From positions 1 through 56,972 of the IMG/VR virus record IMGVR_UViG_3300043654_000022: a DNA stretch of 56,972 nt; one strand, 5' to 3'. The position numbers were made by a program, and so were the translations under genes. Of the stretch, positions 24,770 through 34,695 are shown piece by piece. The notes beneath the pieces are model-generated. The model was not told where the DNA came from. It saw only the letters and a list, made by a program, of their open reading frames with translations, and made no database searches. The DNA comes from a virus. Its lineage: Duplodnaviria > Caudoviricetes. How positions within the stretch are numbered: the stretch's first letter is position 1; every line of letters starts with the position of its first letter.

Positions 24770-25462
24770 ATGACCTCTGAATTTCAACAACAAATTGATG
24801 GTTTGAGAAACGAAATATCGGAACTGCGAAAGCACCTTGAAATTTTTGAGCATTGGAACAACTGCCGCCGCGGTCTTGAGGGAGCGCCCGGGCCTGCGGG
24901 AAAGAGCAGCACAGTGCCGGGACCTCAAGGGCTGCCGGGAGCGCAAGGTATAGCCGGGCCGCAGGGAAAAGTTGGGCCACAAGGCGTGCCGGGCGTAAGC
25001 AATGTGCCGGGACCTCAAGGTGAGCCGGGAGAGAGTGGTAAGACAGGCAACCAAGGCCCAGCGGGGCCTCAAGGTGAGCCGGGACCAGCAGGTTTGACAG
25101 GCGAGACTGGACCAGCAGGCGAAGTGGGTCCAGCAGGTCCGCAAGGGCCACGAGGGGATACTGGCGCACAAGGCGAGCCGGGCACGACCGGCCCACAAGG
25201 GCCAGCAGGCCCTCAAGGCGAAAAAGGCGACACGGGGGCGCAAGGCGCAGCCGGGTCACAAGGTTTGACAGGCCCACAAGGCTCAACAGGCCCACAAGGC
25301 CCACAAGGCTCAGCAGGTCCACGAGGCGAAGTCGGTCTAGCAGGCAAGGATGGGATAGGCGGTTTGGCGGGACCTCGCGGACCCGCGGGCGACATCACTG
25401 CGGCAGTGCAACAATCGGTTGCGGCAGTGACCCAACTTTTGAAAGACCGAAATTTGCTTTAA
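24770..25462 (+). CDS. collagen-like (Gly-X-Y) fibre protein
   Basis: long GPQ/GPA/GEP triplet run. Confidence 0.9.
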   Translation: MTSEFQQQIDGLRNEISELRKHLEIFEHWNNCRRGLEGAPGPAGKSSTVPGPQGLPGAQGIAGPQGKVGPQGVPGVSNVPGPQGEPGESGKTGNQGPAGPQGEPGPAGLTGETGPAGEVGPAGPQGPRGDTGAQGEPGTTGPQGPAGPQGEKGDTGAQGAAGSQGLTGPQGSTGPQGPQGSAGPRGEVGLAGKDGIGGLAGPRGPAGDITAAVQQSVAAVTQLLKDRNLL

Positions 25463-25480
25463 TGAGGGCGTAAGGATTTT

Positions 25481-26824
25481 ATGGCATACGGCTACTTTTC
25501 ATCTCTATCGAGCATCGACTTGCAGCACATCGTTGACATCGCCAACACGTACTCGGACATCGAGCCCGTATTGAACGCGGGTGGTCAAACGCAAACGGTT
25601 GCTTTGTCGGCGGCCAACACCGTCATCAACGCCATCTGCGCCGTGTCCTTCCCTCACAAGTGGAACGAGTACAATATCCTTCCGTTTTATTCGAACAGCT
25701 ATCAGCAAGACTACGCAGCCATCACCGCAGCGGGGGTCACAGGCAATTTGACGCTCACGAGCGTATCGCAAGTCTCGACAGCCACAGGTACCGCGGTTTA
25801 TAACGGTACAATCACGGGTGGTGAGTTCGGAGGCTATGTTGGTGTGCCGTTTGTCATCACGGGCTTCGTAGCGAGCGCAGGCGTAAACAACGGAACACTC
25901 ATGTGCGTGGCATCATCGGCGACTAGCCTCGTGTTGCAGAATACGGCGGCAGTTATAGAGACGCACGCGGGCAATGCAATATCGGCGGCAGGTGGTTTGC
26001 TCAACCTATCGTGGTTGGAGCGCGGCGTGGCCTTCGACATCAACAATTCAGCCATTCCGAAGCCGTACGTCCGCATCGAGTGCGGTAGACAGCTTCCTCA
26101 ACAAACGGCTCAATATACGGGCGGCGCAGGTTTGGGCGACCCCGGCTTCCGCGCGAACTGGTTCCCGAACCGCGTGCTTTATTACGGCACGTGGGGCGCG
26201 GCCGACGTAGGCACCGGAACTCAAGGTAACAACCCGGTTGCGAATAGTGTGTACACTCAACCACTCGGCAACAAGTCGCAGCCAGCCAATCCAATCACGC
26301 AGATTATTGATGCCAATGGAAATTTCCTTTTGTTGACGACTTATGGGCACGAGGGTTCCGCAGCACCGCTCGCGGCGCTCAACGCAGTTCCGGGCACCAC
26401 CGTGTCAGGCAGTGGCGCAACCACTGCGTGGACCGTGTTAGACCCGAACGGTTGGGGATTCCGCATCATGCCAGTGCCGACACAGTCGGGCTCCCAATGG
26501 CAGTTCAACATCACTGCGCAAATGAAGCCAGTGCGTTTTTATTCTCTATCACAGACTTTGGCACCGTTGCCGGACGAGATGGAGCCGCATTTCCGCGAAG
26601 GCTTTATCGCCCAGTGCTACAAGCGCTCTCCTGAGAAGGCCGTATATTCTAAGTTCAAGGACATGTGGCAGCTTTGGTTGACTAACTTGAATGAGCTCCG
26701 CGCAAAGGAAGACCGCGAGTTGGAAGAGAACAAGTTCATCCCGACCCGCACAGTATTCGGCGCAGCACGCAGCCGCAACAACTTCCAAGGCGGCGCATGG
26801 CCGTACAATTATCCGCGTCCGTAA
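25481..26824 (+). CDS. head-tail adaptor/tail-tube-like protein with inserted beta module
   Basis: position; H.W.....F...Q.DY N-terminus and PLPD....F C-terminus. Confidence 0.6.
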   Translation: MAYGYFSSLSSIDLQHIVDIANTYSDIEPVLNAGGQTQTVALSAANTVINAICAVSFPHKWNEYNILPFYSNSYQQDYAAITAAGVTGNLTLTSVSQVSTATGTAVYNGTITGGEFGGYVGVPFVITGFVASAGVNNGTLMCVASSATSLVLQNTAAVIETHAGNAISAAGGLLNLSWLERGVAFDINNSAIPKPYVRIECGRQLPQQTAQYTGGAGLGDPGFRANWFPNRVLYYGTWGAADVGTGTQGNNPVANSVYTQPLGNKSQPANPITQIIDANGNFLLLTTYGHEGSAAPLAALNAVPGTTVSGSGATTAWTVLDPNGWGFRIMPVPTQSGSQWQFNITAQMKPVRFYSLSQTLAPLPDEMEPHFREGFIAQCYKRSPEKAVYSKFKDMWQLWLTNLNELRAKEDRELEENKFIPTRTVFGAARSRNNFQGGAWPYNYPRP

Positions 26825-26832
26825 GAGGCTAG

Positions 26833-27789
26833 ATGTTCACACTATTAAACTCAAGCTATTTCGCACAACCATTCGTGCAGTATGCGCCGTTGACTGCGGG
26901 CTTCGGGTTGGAACCTTCAACCTCAATCTGCTCGATGATTCGCAACTCGCTATTTTCTGCGCCCGTAACGTGGTACTTCAACCGTAATGAAGTTACGTTC
27001 TCAACAGTTGTGGGTCAACAGGACTATCCGCAATCGATTTCTGCCAACGGTAACGATTTCGCCTTCATTGAGAAGGTGACGTTGACGGACGACCAAGGCA
27101 ATGTTTACGAGTTGAAAGACGCGTTGAACAATTCGGCTTTGGCCGTGTCGGCGTTTCAACAGCGTCCGAGCGCGTGCGCAGCCCAGCAAGTTACTTATTC
27201 GGGTGTAACTCAAACGGTGAAGTTTCGCTTTCTTGGCGTACCGGATAAAATCTACTTGGTGACTATCACTTACCAGAAATTGGCACCTCAGTTCGGTCCA
27301 TACACTATCGCAAGTGTGGCGGCGGCAGCAGGCGGCAACACTGTTTATACGGGCGTCTTCGACCCGTACTCATTGCCAGTGGGCTCAACTGTAATCATCA
27401 CAGGGTTTAAGACATCGCAAGTAGCGAACAACGGTACTTTCATCGTGGGAGCCGTTACGGGTACGACACTTACTGTGAACAATACAGCAGGCGTTTTAGC
27501 AGCCGCGGGCAGCTTCACGGCATTCGCGGTTAATCCGTCGTGGTCGCCAATTCCTGACCAGTTCAGCGACATTTACAACAACTTGTATTTGAGCGAAATT
27601 TTGGCGGCGAACGACGACACTCGCGCCCAACTGTATCGTCAGCGCGGCATCGCGGCGTTCTTGGCAAAGTCAACAGGCTTGTCGGAAATGCAGCGTAACG
27701 TCTTCTTGCAGCAATGGAACGCGCGTGGTATGGAACGCCAATCATCGGCACAAATTACTCAGCAAGGTAATCAAGGCCGCACAGTTTAA
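26833..27789 (+). CDS. second adaptor-like tail protein
   Basis: TV.GQQDY, PD..Y.V...YQ, PIPD motifs; paralog-like to upstream gene. Confidence 0.6.
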   Translation: MFTLLNSSYFAQPFVQYAPLTAGFGLEPSTSICSMIRNSLFSAPVTWYFNRNEVTFSTVVGQQDYPQSISANGNDFAFIEKVTLTDDQGNVYELKDALNNSALAVSAFQQRPSACAAQQVTYSGVTQTVKFRFLGVPDKIYLVTITYQKLAPQFGPYTIASVAAAAGGNTVYTGVFDPYSLPVGSTVIITGFKTSQVANNGTFIVGAVTGTTLTVNNTAGVLAAAGSFTAFAVNPSWSPIPDQFSDIYNNLYLSEILAANDDTRAQLYRQRGIAAFLAKSTGLSEMQRNVFLQQWNARGMERQSSAQITQQGNQGRTV

Positions 27790-27804
27790 TTGGACAAGGA
27801 AAGA

Positions 27805-30800
27805 ATGACTAACCCCTTCGCAGCATCAGGTGGACCGCCGCAAAAGCAGCCGCGTTACACACCAATATTTATGGACCGCGCTTTTACCGGGCTGTATACC
27901 CAACGCGCGGTGTTGCACGATCCATCGGATGTTTATACTGCGAGATTTTACGGCGGGCGACCGGACGCACTACTTGGTGGATTAAATATCGAGTTGACGA
28001 ACCGCTTGACCTTGCAACGTCGACCCGGCATGGTGCCTTTCCGTACCAGTCCGGGAGAGGGTGCGTCGTATGCGACAGCGCCTGACCGTGCGTTCAGCTT
28101 TCAGCTTTCAGATGGCACGATTCGCGTCATTATTGACACTCAGGATAGCGGGTTGCTCGCAATCACTTCGGTGGCAAATGCTTCGGCAGGCAGCACCGTT
28201 TACACCGGAACCTTTCCGGGCGGCGCTTCAAATGGCTATGCAGGTTTAAGCTTCCTCGTGGCTGGCTTCGTTACGAACTCCCAGAATAACGGCACGTTTA
28301 TCTGCACGGCATCCACAACTACAACGCTCACTTTGAGTAATGCACTCGGTATCTCAGAGACGCACGCGGCAACCGCCGACACTGCGGGCGGCGTGTACTG
28401 GGACCGCCAAGATGGCACCGCAACTTTGTTAGTTGCTAAGTCGCCGGGCGCTGGCCAGATGTACTTCATTTCGGTTGCGGGTGTGCTTTACATGGGTGAC
28501 GGCATCGACACCCGTAAGTACACGCCGCTGAATCCGAATGGGACGATTTGGAATTGGGGTATTGTTGCGCCGACGAATCAACCTGCGCTCACCTTGACGC
28601 CTTCTGGCGCTGCGGCAACCCGTTGGCAGATTAACACGAACTTCACAACGATGGGTTTGACCGAGGATACGAACGCGACTCCGCTAATTTGGCAACTAAT
28701 TAGCGTCAACGCGGACGGTTCAAATCCTCCACCTTCGCAATTCGGAACTGCGGGAACCGGCGAGCCAAGCTGGCCGCAAGCGGAAGGCGCAACGGTCGTT
28801 GACAGCGGCGTAACGTGGTTGAATATGGGCATAGTTAGTCCAATCGCTGTTAAGACATTTTACACCGACCTAGGTATTGGCGGCGGCTACGCGAGCGAAA
28901 ACTTCTCTCAACCGGGAGCAGGTACTGCGGTTAATTCCGTGTACGGAAATTTCAAAAACTCCGGCGGATTGGGAAACACGGGTGGAGCTCTGCCTGCATT
29001 TTCTGGCGCATACCCGGGACCATCAGGCGGTTACTTCAATAATAACACGCACTGGTTCGCAATCGGCAGTTTCAATACTGCGATACAGATGGCCGCAATG
29101 CGTTGGAAGCCGACACACTCTTACGCTAACTGGTCACCAACAGGCGCAAACGCCTCAATCGCGGGCACTCCTGATTTCATTTTGACAGCTAACCTCCCGT
29201 CGACAACGGGGGCACCAGTCTATTTGTTCGTCCCGAAGATTGGTGGCACATCTGGTAGCGGCTACAACCCATTCCCATCAGGTTCTGTTGCGGGCAACGC
29301 GGTAACTGATAATCAACTAAGATGGTTGTGCTTGGGTCAAGCCGCATGGCAGGCGAGTTTCGCATACACGCCGTGGACTGCACAAGGCAATCTTTTTGGC
29401 TGCATCTTTGATGGCGCTAACTTTCAAGTCTGCGTGACTTCATCAGGTCTCGGATTGAGCGGCACCCACATACCGGGAACCGCAATTGCGACCGCGGCCA
29501 GCATCACTGTAACGAATTCGGGCACCACAACTATCTTCACCAAGAACGCAGGAAGCTGGTTGTACACCCCGGTCGCAGGTGAGCAGATTACGACCACAGG
29601 CTTTGCAAACGCGGCAAACAACGCTACGTTCCAAGTAATCTCATCAACGTCGAACACAATTATAGTTGGTGTGAATACGGGCTCGCCGGAAACAGCATCG
29701 GCTACGATTACGTTGAGCCCGTGGGCGACCGGATACGGCTCAACCACGGTAGACGGTGGCATCACGTGGACCTGCGTAGGGCAGAACGTGCCGTGGGTAG
29801 CGGGTTCTGGCACCACTGGCATTTGGCACTTTCCTGTAAACGGATTCCAGCCGCCCGGCCCAAGTCAGCAATTCGGCGGCTCAGAGGTAAATGAGTCGGG
29901 CTTCGTGCAAGCGGTAATCAACTCAGGTAAATCTGGCCCAACCACTCCTCCGGTTTGGCCAACAACTATCGGCTCGACAGTCACGGACGCAGGTTCTCCA
30001 ACAATTACGTGGCAAACTGCGGCTGCGATTGCGTCTCAATCGCTCGCGTGGTCGTTTGGGCTTGCTTATGCGTACAGCTACAAGGCTCGTCCGCTCGATG
30101 ACTTTTATTCGCCTTTGCCATTAGGTGGTGGCGCAACTCCTCCGGGCGGCGCACCATTAGGCATACCTAAGGGTTCTGAAACGAATGCAATCTCTTCTGC
30201 GTCACCGGTAAATCAAATCACTGGCGCAAACACCGGCTCAGTCAACACGATTCAAGGCGACTACAGTGCAGACCCGCAAGTCGATACGATTGTTATTTGG
30301 CGCTCCGCTGACACAGCATCTGGTTCAGGCACCATGTTCGAGTTGACGGAGATTCCGAATATCCCGGCGCTGGCGGGCGTGGTTAAGTGGAAGTTCAACG
30401 ACTACTTGCCGAGCGTGGCGACAGGAATATTTCCGGGATTGAACATTCTTCTACCTGCGCCTATCGATGGCGTGAACAATCCACCACTGTCAACCTTCTT
30501 GCCTCAAGTTTACAACTATCAACGCATTTGGGGCTCGAATGACCAGTCGGTGAATTTCTCAGGCGGACCCGACACATCTGTTGGCAATCCGAACGAGGCA
30601 TTTAACGTTGCGGACGAGTTGCCGTTTTTGGCACCTGTCGTTCGATTGGTGAAAACCCCACAAGGCATCGTTACCTTCTTGACAGACAGCATTGAAATGA
30701 TTGGCGGTGGCCCAGCAACCGCAACGTTCTTCTCGGTGACGATGGCACCGGGCGTAGGCTTGTTAAGCTACAATGCTTGCGATGTGTATGCGGGAGAAAT

Positions 30801-31593
30801 TTATTTCTTTGCAGCGGACAACTCTTTCAAAGTTATCACCCCGTCGTTGAACCTTTCGAACTTTGGCTTTCCGTTGGGCGACCAGTTCGCCAATCAGCCG
30901 TCTTTCGGTTCATCGGATGCAACATGGGACCCGAAGAAGGTTTACGTTGCCGTTCACCAAAATGGAACTGACAATTGTGTTTTCGTTGCGGATGGTTCGA
31001 CCGGATGGTACCGTTTGAACCCTCACCAAGTTCCGGGCGCTGCACAAGGGCCGGAACCTGTTTGGTCTCCGTTCGGTGCAATTACGGGCGGCTTGAAGAT
31101 GGTGCAGTCGGTCGAGACCTCGCCGGGTATTAAGCAATTACTAGGTGGCGGAACTGCGCCGGGTGATAACATCTTGGTGCGCAGCTTGACAACTTTCACA
31201 GATGACGGCGTGACGTACAACGCGAATTTCTCGATGGGCAGCATCAAGTTGGCCGAGCCGGGTCAGATTGCGCTGCTCAAATTCTTGGAGTTCGATTTCT
31301 CCGGAGTGAGTCTACTGCCGACCATCAGCTATCTAATGAATGAGATTAGCGGCACGTTCACGCCGTTTGTGAACGGTACGGACGTAACTGGAAGTGTTCC
31401 GGTATTTGACCCGCCATCTCTATACGGCGAGACAATCGCCCCAACATCGTACAGCCCGAATCGCTACTATTTTGCGTCGAATGCGTCGCTCGCAAAGTGC
31501 CGCCACATGCAGGTTAAGGTGGATTTCGGTAGCACTTCGAATGGCGATGAAATGTACAGCATGACCATCTTTGGACGCCACGTCATAGAATAA
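27805..31593 (+). CDS. tail nozzle/tube-like protein with inserted modules
   Basis: L..RPG N-terminus, repeated DG.vTW motifs, position before ejection genes. Confidence 0.65.
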   Translation: MTNPFAASGGPPQKQPRYTPIFMDRAFTGLYTQRAVLHDPSDVYTARFYGGRPDALLGGLNIELTNRLTLQRRPGMVPFRTSPGEGASYATAPDRAFSFQLSDGTIRVIIDTQDSGLLAITSVANASAGSTVYTGTFPGGASNGYAGLSFLVAGFVTNSQNNGTFICTASTTTTLTLSNALGISETHAATADTAGGVYWDRQDGTATLLVAKSPGAGQMYFISVAGVLYMGDGIDTRKYTPLNPNGTIWNWGIVAPTNQPALTLTPSGAAATRWQINTNFTTMGLTEDTNATPLIWQLISVNADGSNPPPSQFGTAGTGEPSWPQAEGATVVDSGVTWLNMGIVSPIAVKTFYTDLGIGGGYASENFSQPGAGTAVNSVYGNFKNSGGLGNTGGALPAFSGAYPGPSGGYFNNNTHWFAIGSFNTAIQMAAMRWKPTHSYANWSPTGANASIAGTPDFILTANLPSTTGAPVYLFVPKIGGTSGSGYNPFPSGSVAGNAVTDNQLRWLCLGQAAWQASFAYTPWTAQGNLFGCIFDGANFQVCVTSSGLGLSGTHIPGTAIATAASITVTNSGTTTIFTKNAGSWLYTPVAGEQITTTGFANAANNATFQVISSTSNTIIVGVNTGSPETASATITLSPWATGYGSTTVDGGITWTCVGQNVPWVAGSGTTGIWHFPVNGFQPPGPSQQFGGSEVNESGFVQAVINSGKSGPTTPPVWPTTIGSTVTDAGSPTITWQTAAAIASQSLAWSFGLAYAYSYKARPLDDFYSPLPLGGGATPPGGAPLGIPKGSETNAISSASPVNQITGANTGSVNTIQGDYSADPQVDTIVIWRSADTASGSGTMFELTEIPNIPALAGVVKWKFNDYLPSVATGIFPGLNILLPAPIDGVNNPPLSTFLPQVYNYQRIWGSNDQSVNFSGGPDTSVGNPNEAFNVADELPFLAPVVRLVKTPQGIVTFLTDSIEMIGGGPATATFFSVTMAPGVGLLSYNACDVYAGEIYFFAADNSFKVITPSLNLSNFGFPLGDQFANQPSFGSSDATWDPKKVYVAVHQNGTDNCVFVADGSTGWYRLNPHQVPGAAQGPEPVWSPFGAITGGLKMVQSVETSPGIKQLLGGGTAPGDNILVRSLTTFTDDGVTYNANFSMGSIKLAEPGQIALLKFLEFDFSGVSLLPTISYLMNEISGTFTPFVNGTDVTGSVPVFDPPSLYGETIAPTSYSPNRYYFASNASLAKCRHMQVKVDFGSTSNGDEMYSMTIFGRHVIE

Positions 31594-31600
31594 GAGGAAT

Positions 31601-33376
31601 ATGTCGGACAACTCGAATCTAATCAATGAGGAGAATATTCCGGGCAACTGGGAACCAGTAGAGTCCAATCCTATTGTTCCCGGAGCAGCACCGAAAGGTG
31701 CTCCTGCGCCGCCGGTTCCTCACGACATGCCACAATTTTTCTCAGGCTCAATGCCGCCAGCGTTGCAGCATGACGTAGCATTCGTAGGCACAGAGGTTGG
31801 CACGCCGCGCATCCCGAAGTATTCGTTGATGCCGTTCGGCAACCAGAGTAGCCCGTTTACAAACGCCGCTGCGCAAAGCACGGCAATAAAAGTTGTGGAG
31901 ACCACGCCGTCGAGTGGTGGAGGCGGCGGGTCGTCATCGATAGAGTTGATTATTCCGTCGATTTTCACTCCGGTTGACCAAACTGTGGTGTTGCCGGGAC
32001 CTTTGGCATTTGCTCTGGCAACGGAACTTCCGGGAACTTATCTCGGCGTTCCAAGCGGCGCGGGATTAGGCGCACTGGAAGCATTTAACGTCGTAAGCAA
32101 TCTAACGGGCGCTGGCGGGTCGGCCACGGTAACGGTAACGAGTACACCAAGCACGGCGACATCGTGGGCGCTTCTACCCATTGTTACAAAAAATGGATAC
32201 GCCGGGGCGGGATTAGGCGCGTGGACTGGGATAACTGGAAACGACGGGCTTAAAGGCACGTTCATCAAAAATATAGCCGGAACTTCCCCGGTTTCTGTTT
32301 CAGAGCCGCTCATCGCCAACGATACAGCGACCTTGGCTTTAGCTATTTTTTCCGGGCCTCTGCCTACTATAGTTCAGCAGAATACGGCGTCGTCGTGGAC
32401 CGGGCAAACCATGTCCAAGGCTTACGGAAGTAGCAACACTGCGGGAAACACATTATTCATTATTTTTCAATACACGCTTTCTTCCACCGCCTTTGGTGTG
32501 TCCGCTTCCGACACAGCCGGAAACTCCTACGTAACCTTGGCTTCTACCTTTGGAGGAAGCACGGCAATCGGAGCCACAGCGCAATTGATTATGATTGCTC
32601 CTGCTTGCTTGGGCGGTGCTAACACCGTCAACGTAAAAGTAACGGGAGGCAGCGGAGCAACCCCGACAGGTTTGCTTCAAATTTTTGAAATTGCTCCGAT
32701 AGCCGCAGGCGCGGGTGTCCCCTTTTTCCACCCCCTTTTTCCGGGAGATATTCCACCCATCAATTTAAGTTCAGTTGGTAACGGCGGAATACAAAACATC
32801 CTTGGTTTAGCAAACGGGGGCACTAAATCCGATTTGTCCGGTACGGGTGGAGTTCACCAATTCGTGTCGCAAGCCAGTGCTGGCGCGGCACTCACTGTTG
32901 TTCAGCCGGATTTTTCTGACCTAGCTGGCGCGGCTGGGCAGAAAGCTACCAGCTATAACGGTGTCGCATTGGTTGCAAACGGCTTAGTGTCAGAAACAGC
33001 ACAAGCGGACTTGACTGGACAAACAGCAGCGAAAGCTACAACGACGCTTTACGCAGTCCCGACGACAGCCCAGTATCGTCTGTCTTGGAATGCCAAGGTC
33101 ACCACGGTGGACCCGGGGAGTTCGACTCTCGGTGCTTTAACTATTACGTATACAGACGCCGATAACACAGTTCAAACGATTGTGATGTCCGCACAAGATG
33201 CAACGGGTGCTAATGTCACGACGAACACGGGAAATTTGACCACTTCGGTCTTGTTGGGCAACACGCACATGTTGAATTGTCGCTCAGGCACCAACATTCA
33301 GTATGCTTTCGCGTACGCGTCCGGCACCCCAGCAACAATGGCTTACAACCTTCATCTAAAACTTGAGTCTCTTTAA
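31601..33376 (+). CDS. tail fibre/receptor-binding-like protein
   Basis: NTAGN....V...SD.AGN.Y domain, beta-rich. Confidence 0.65.
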   Translation: MSDNSNLINEENIPGNWEPVESNPIVPGAAPKGAPAPPVPHDMPQFFSGSMPPALQHDVAFVGTEVGTPRIPKYSLMPFGNQSSPFTNAAAQSTAIKVVETTPSSGGGGGSSSIELIIPSIFTPVDQTVVLPGPLAFALATELPGTYLGVPSGAGLGALEAFNVVSNLTGAGGSATVTVTSTPSTATSWALLPIVTKNGYAGAGLGAWTGITGNDGLKGTFIKNIAGTSPVSVSEPLIANDTATLALAIFSGPLPTIVQQNTASSWTGQTMSKAYGSSNTAGNTLFIIFQYTLSSTAFGVSASDTAGNSYVTLASTFGGSTAIGATAQLIMIAPACLGGANTVNVKVTGGSGATPTGLLQIFEIAPIAAGAGVPFFHPLFPGDIPPINLSSVGNGGIQNILGLANGGTKSDLSGTGGVHQFVSQASAGAALTVVQPDFSDLAGAAGQKATSYNGVALVANGLVSETAQADLTGQTAAKATTTLYAVPTTAQYRLSWNAKVTTVDPGSSTLGALTITYTDADNTVQTIVMSAQDATGANVTTNTGNLTTSVLLGNTHMLNCRSGTNIQYAFAYASGTPATMAYNLHLKLESL

Positions 33377-33377
33377 A

Positions 33378-33800
33378 ATGATTCAGTTCGGCGAATCAAT
33401 TGTGGACGACCAGTCCCAGATTAGTGAGTGGACTAAAACGGACCCGTATCACTTTCACCAACTCGACTATTCTGGCCCCGGCTGGTGGTTGACAGGTAGT
33501 GGATTACTTGCATTCACTCTCTTAGATGAGCGTGGCCCCCTATGCTACGTTCGCTTGGATGAGGAAGATGGGCGCATCCGCATTCATACGCAGTTCGCAC
33601 CGGAGGCGGTCGTATCCAAACGCCGCCTTTTGGTGGGAATGATTCAGTGTGTGACCAAACTGATTGAACTGTACCGCCCCACTCACAACGGGATGGTGTT
33701 CAACTCGGTCAGCCCAAGTTTGATTGCCTTTATGGGCAAGCGTTTCGGTTTCATGTCAGTTGGTAACGACGATTACCGACTAGACTTCGAGGACAAATAA
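33378..33800 (+). CDS. tail-region protein, GNAT-fold-like
   Basis: position before ejection genes; IH.QF and RFGF motifs. Confidence 0.5.
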   Translation: MIQFGESIVDDQSQISEWTKTDPYHFHQLDYSGPGWWLTGSGLLAFTLLDERGPLCYVRLDEEDGRIRIHTQFAPEAVVSKRRLLVGMIQCVTKLIELYRPTHNGMVFNSVSPSLIAFMGKRFGFMSVGNDDYRLDFEDK

Positions 33801-34421
33801 ATGTGTGGACCATCCGGCGCAGAGACCTCCCTACAAAACCAAAGTGCGGGATTCTCAACACAGTTAATGAATAATTATGCGCAACTTTTCGGCCAGCAGC
33901 AAAGCGTGTTAAAAGGTTTGAACGCCTCGGTTAATCCTATCGTTGCGGCAGGACCGAGTCAGCGCGGATTCTCGGGGGCGGAAACCGCCGCGCTCAATAC
34001 CTCGGCAATTAACCGTGCAGGCGCAGCAGCCACGAACGCGCTGCAAGCTGCGCGTACTTTCGGAGCAGGACAGGGTGGCGGGGGAACCAGCGGATTGACC
34101 TCTGGTATCACGAAGCAGATTGAGTCGTCAGTTGCATCCCAGCAAGCCGGAAATTTGGCTACCACGGAAGGCAACATCGAGCAAGCCGATTGGGCAACAG
34201 GCAATCAGAACTACTTTAAAGCATTGGGCGCGGAAGAGGGTATAGCCCAAATGTACAATCCGAACGGGGCACAAAGCGGAGCAATCGGAGCTAACCAAGA
34301 ATCGTTCGGTGAAGCAAGCAAAATTAATCAAGAGAACAACGCTCTTGGTCAAGATGTCGCAGGCTTCTTGACGGCAGCAGCCGGAAGTGCTGGCGACATT
34401 GTGAAGGGGTTTAAGAGATAA
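33801..34421 (+). CDS. ejection/pilot-like protein
   Basis: MCG start, A/G/Q/N-rich helices. Confidence 0.65.
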   Translation: MCGPSGAETSLQNQSAGFSTQLMNNYAQLFGQQQSVLKGLNASVNPIVAAGPSQRGFSGAETAALNTSAINRAGAAATNALQAARTFGAGQGGGGTSGLTSGITKQIESSVASQQAGNLATTEGNIEQADWATGNQNYFKALGAEEGIAQMYNPNGAQSGAIGANQESFGEASKINQENNALGQDVAGFLTAAAGSAGDIVKGFKR

Positions 34422-34425
34422 TTTT

Positions 34426-34647
34426 ATGGAAAACAAATCACGCCCAGCAGCGCCTCCGATGTTCACATCAGACGATGCCACGATGCCGCCACCGGAAACT
34501 GTTTCAGCCCCGGCCCCGACGGTGTCGGTAGAGACGCCGAAATCAACTAGTGACAGAGTTATGGGCGGCATTTCAGCCCTCGGCAACGCAGCCTACAAGG
34601 GTCTCTCGTACGCGAACGCAAGACGCGCTCGACAAGACGCCAACTAA
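34426..34647 (+). CDS. small Pro-rich protein
   Basis: ORF between ejection genes. Confidence 0.5.
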   Translation: MENKSRPAAPPMFTSDDATMPPPETVSAPAPTVSVETPKSTSDRVMGGISALGNAAYKGLSYANARRARQDAN

Positions 34648-34652
34648 ACAGC

Positions 34653-34681
34653 TTGACAACCACCCTGAAATATGGTATATT
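34653..34681 (+). promoter_or_regulatory. sigma70 promoter
   Basis: TTGACA-17-TATATT with TG. Confidence 0.75.
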
Positions 34682-34695
34682 GAATAGAGGATAAA

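Noticed and set aside
24770-25462. Repeat array or antisense genes
   Set aside because: The periodicity is explained by Gly-X-Y collagen codons
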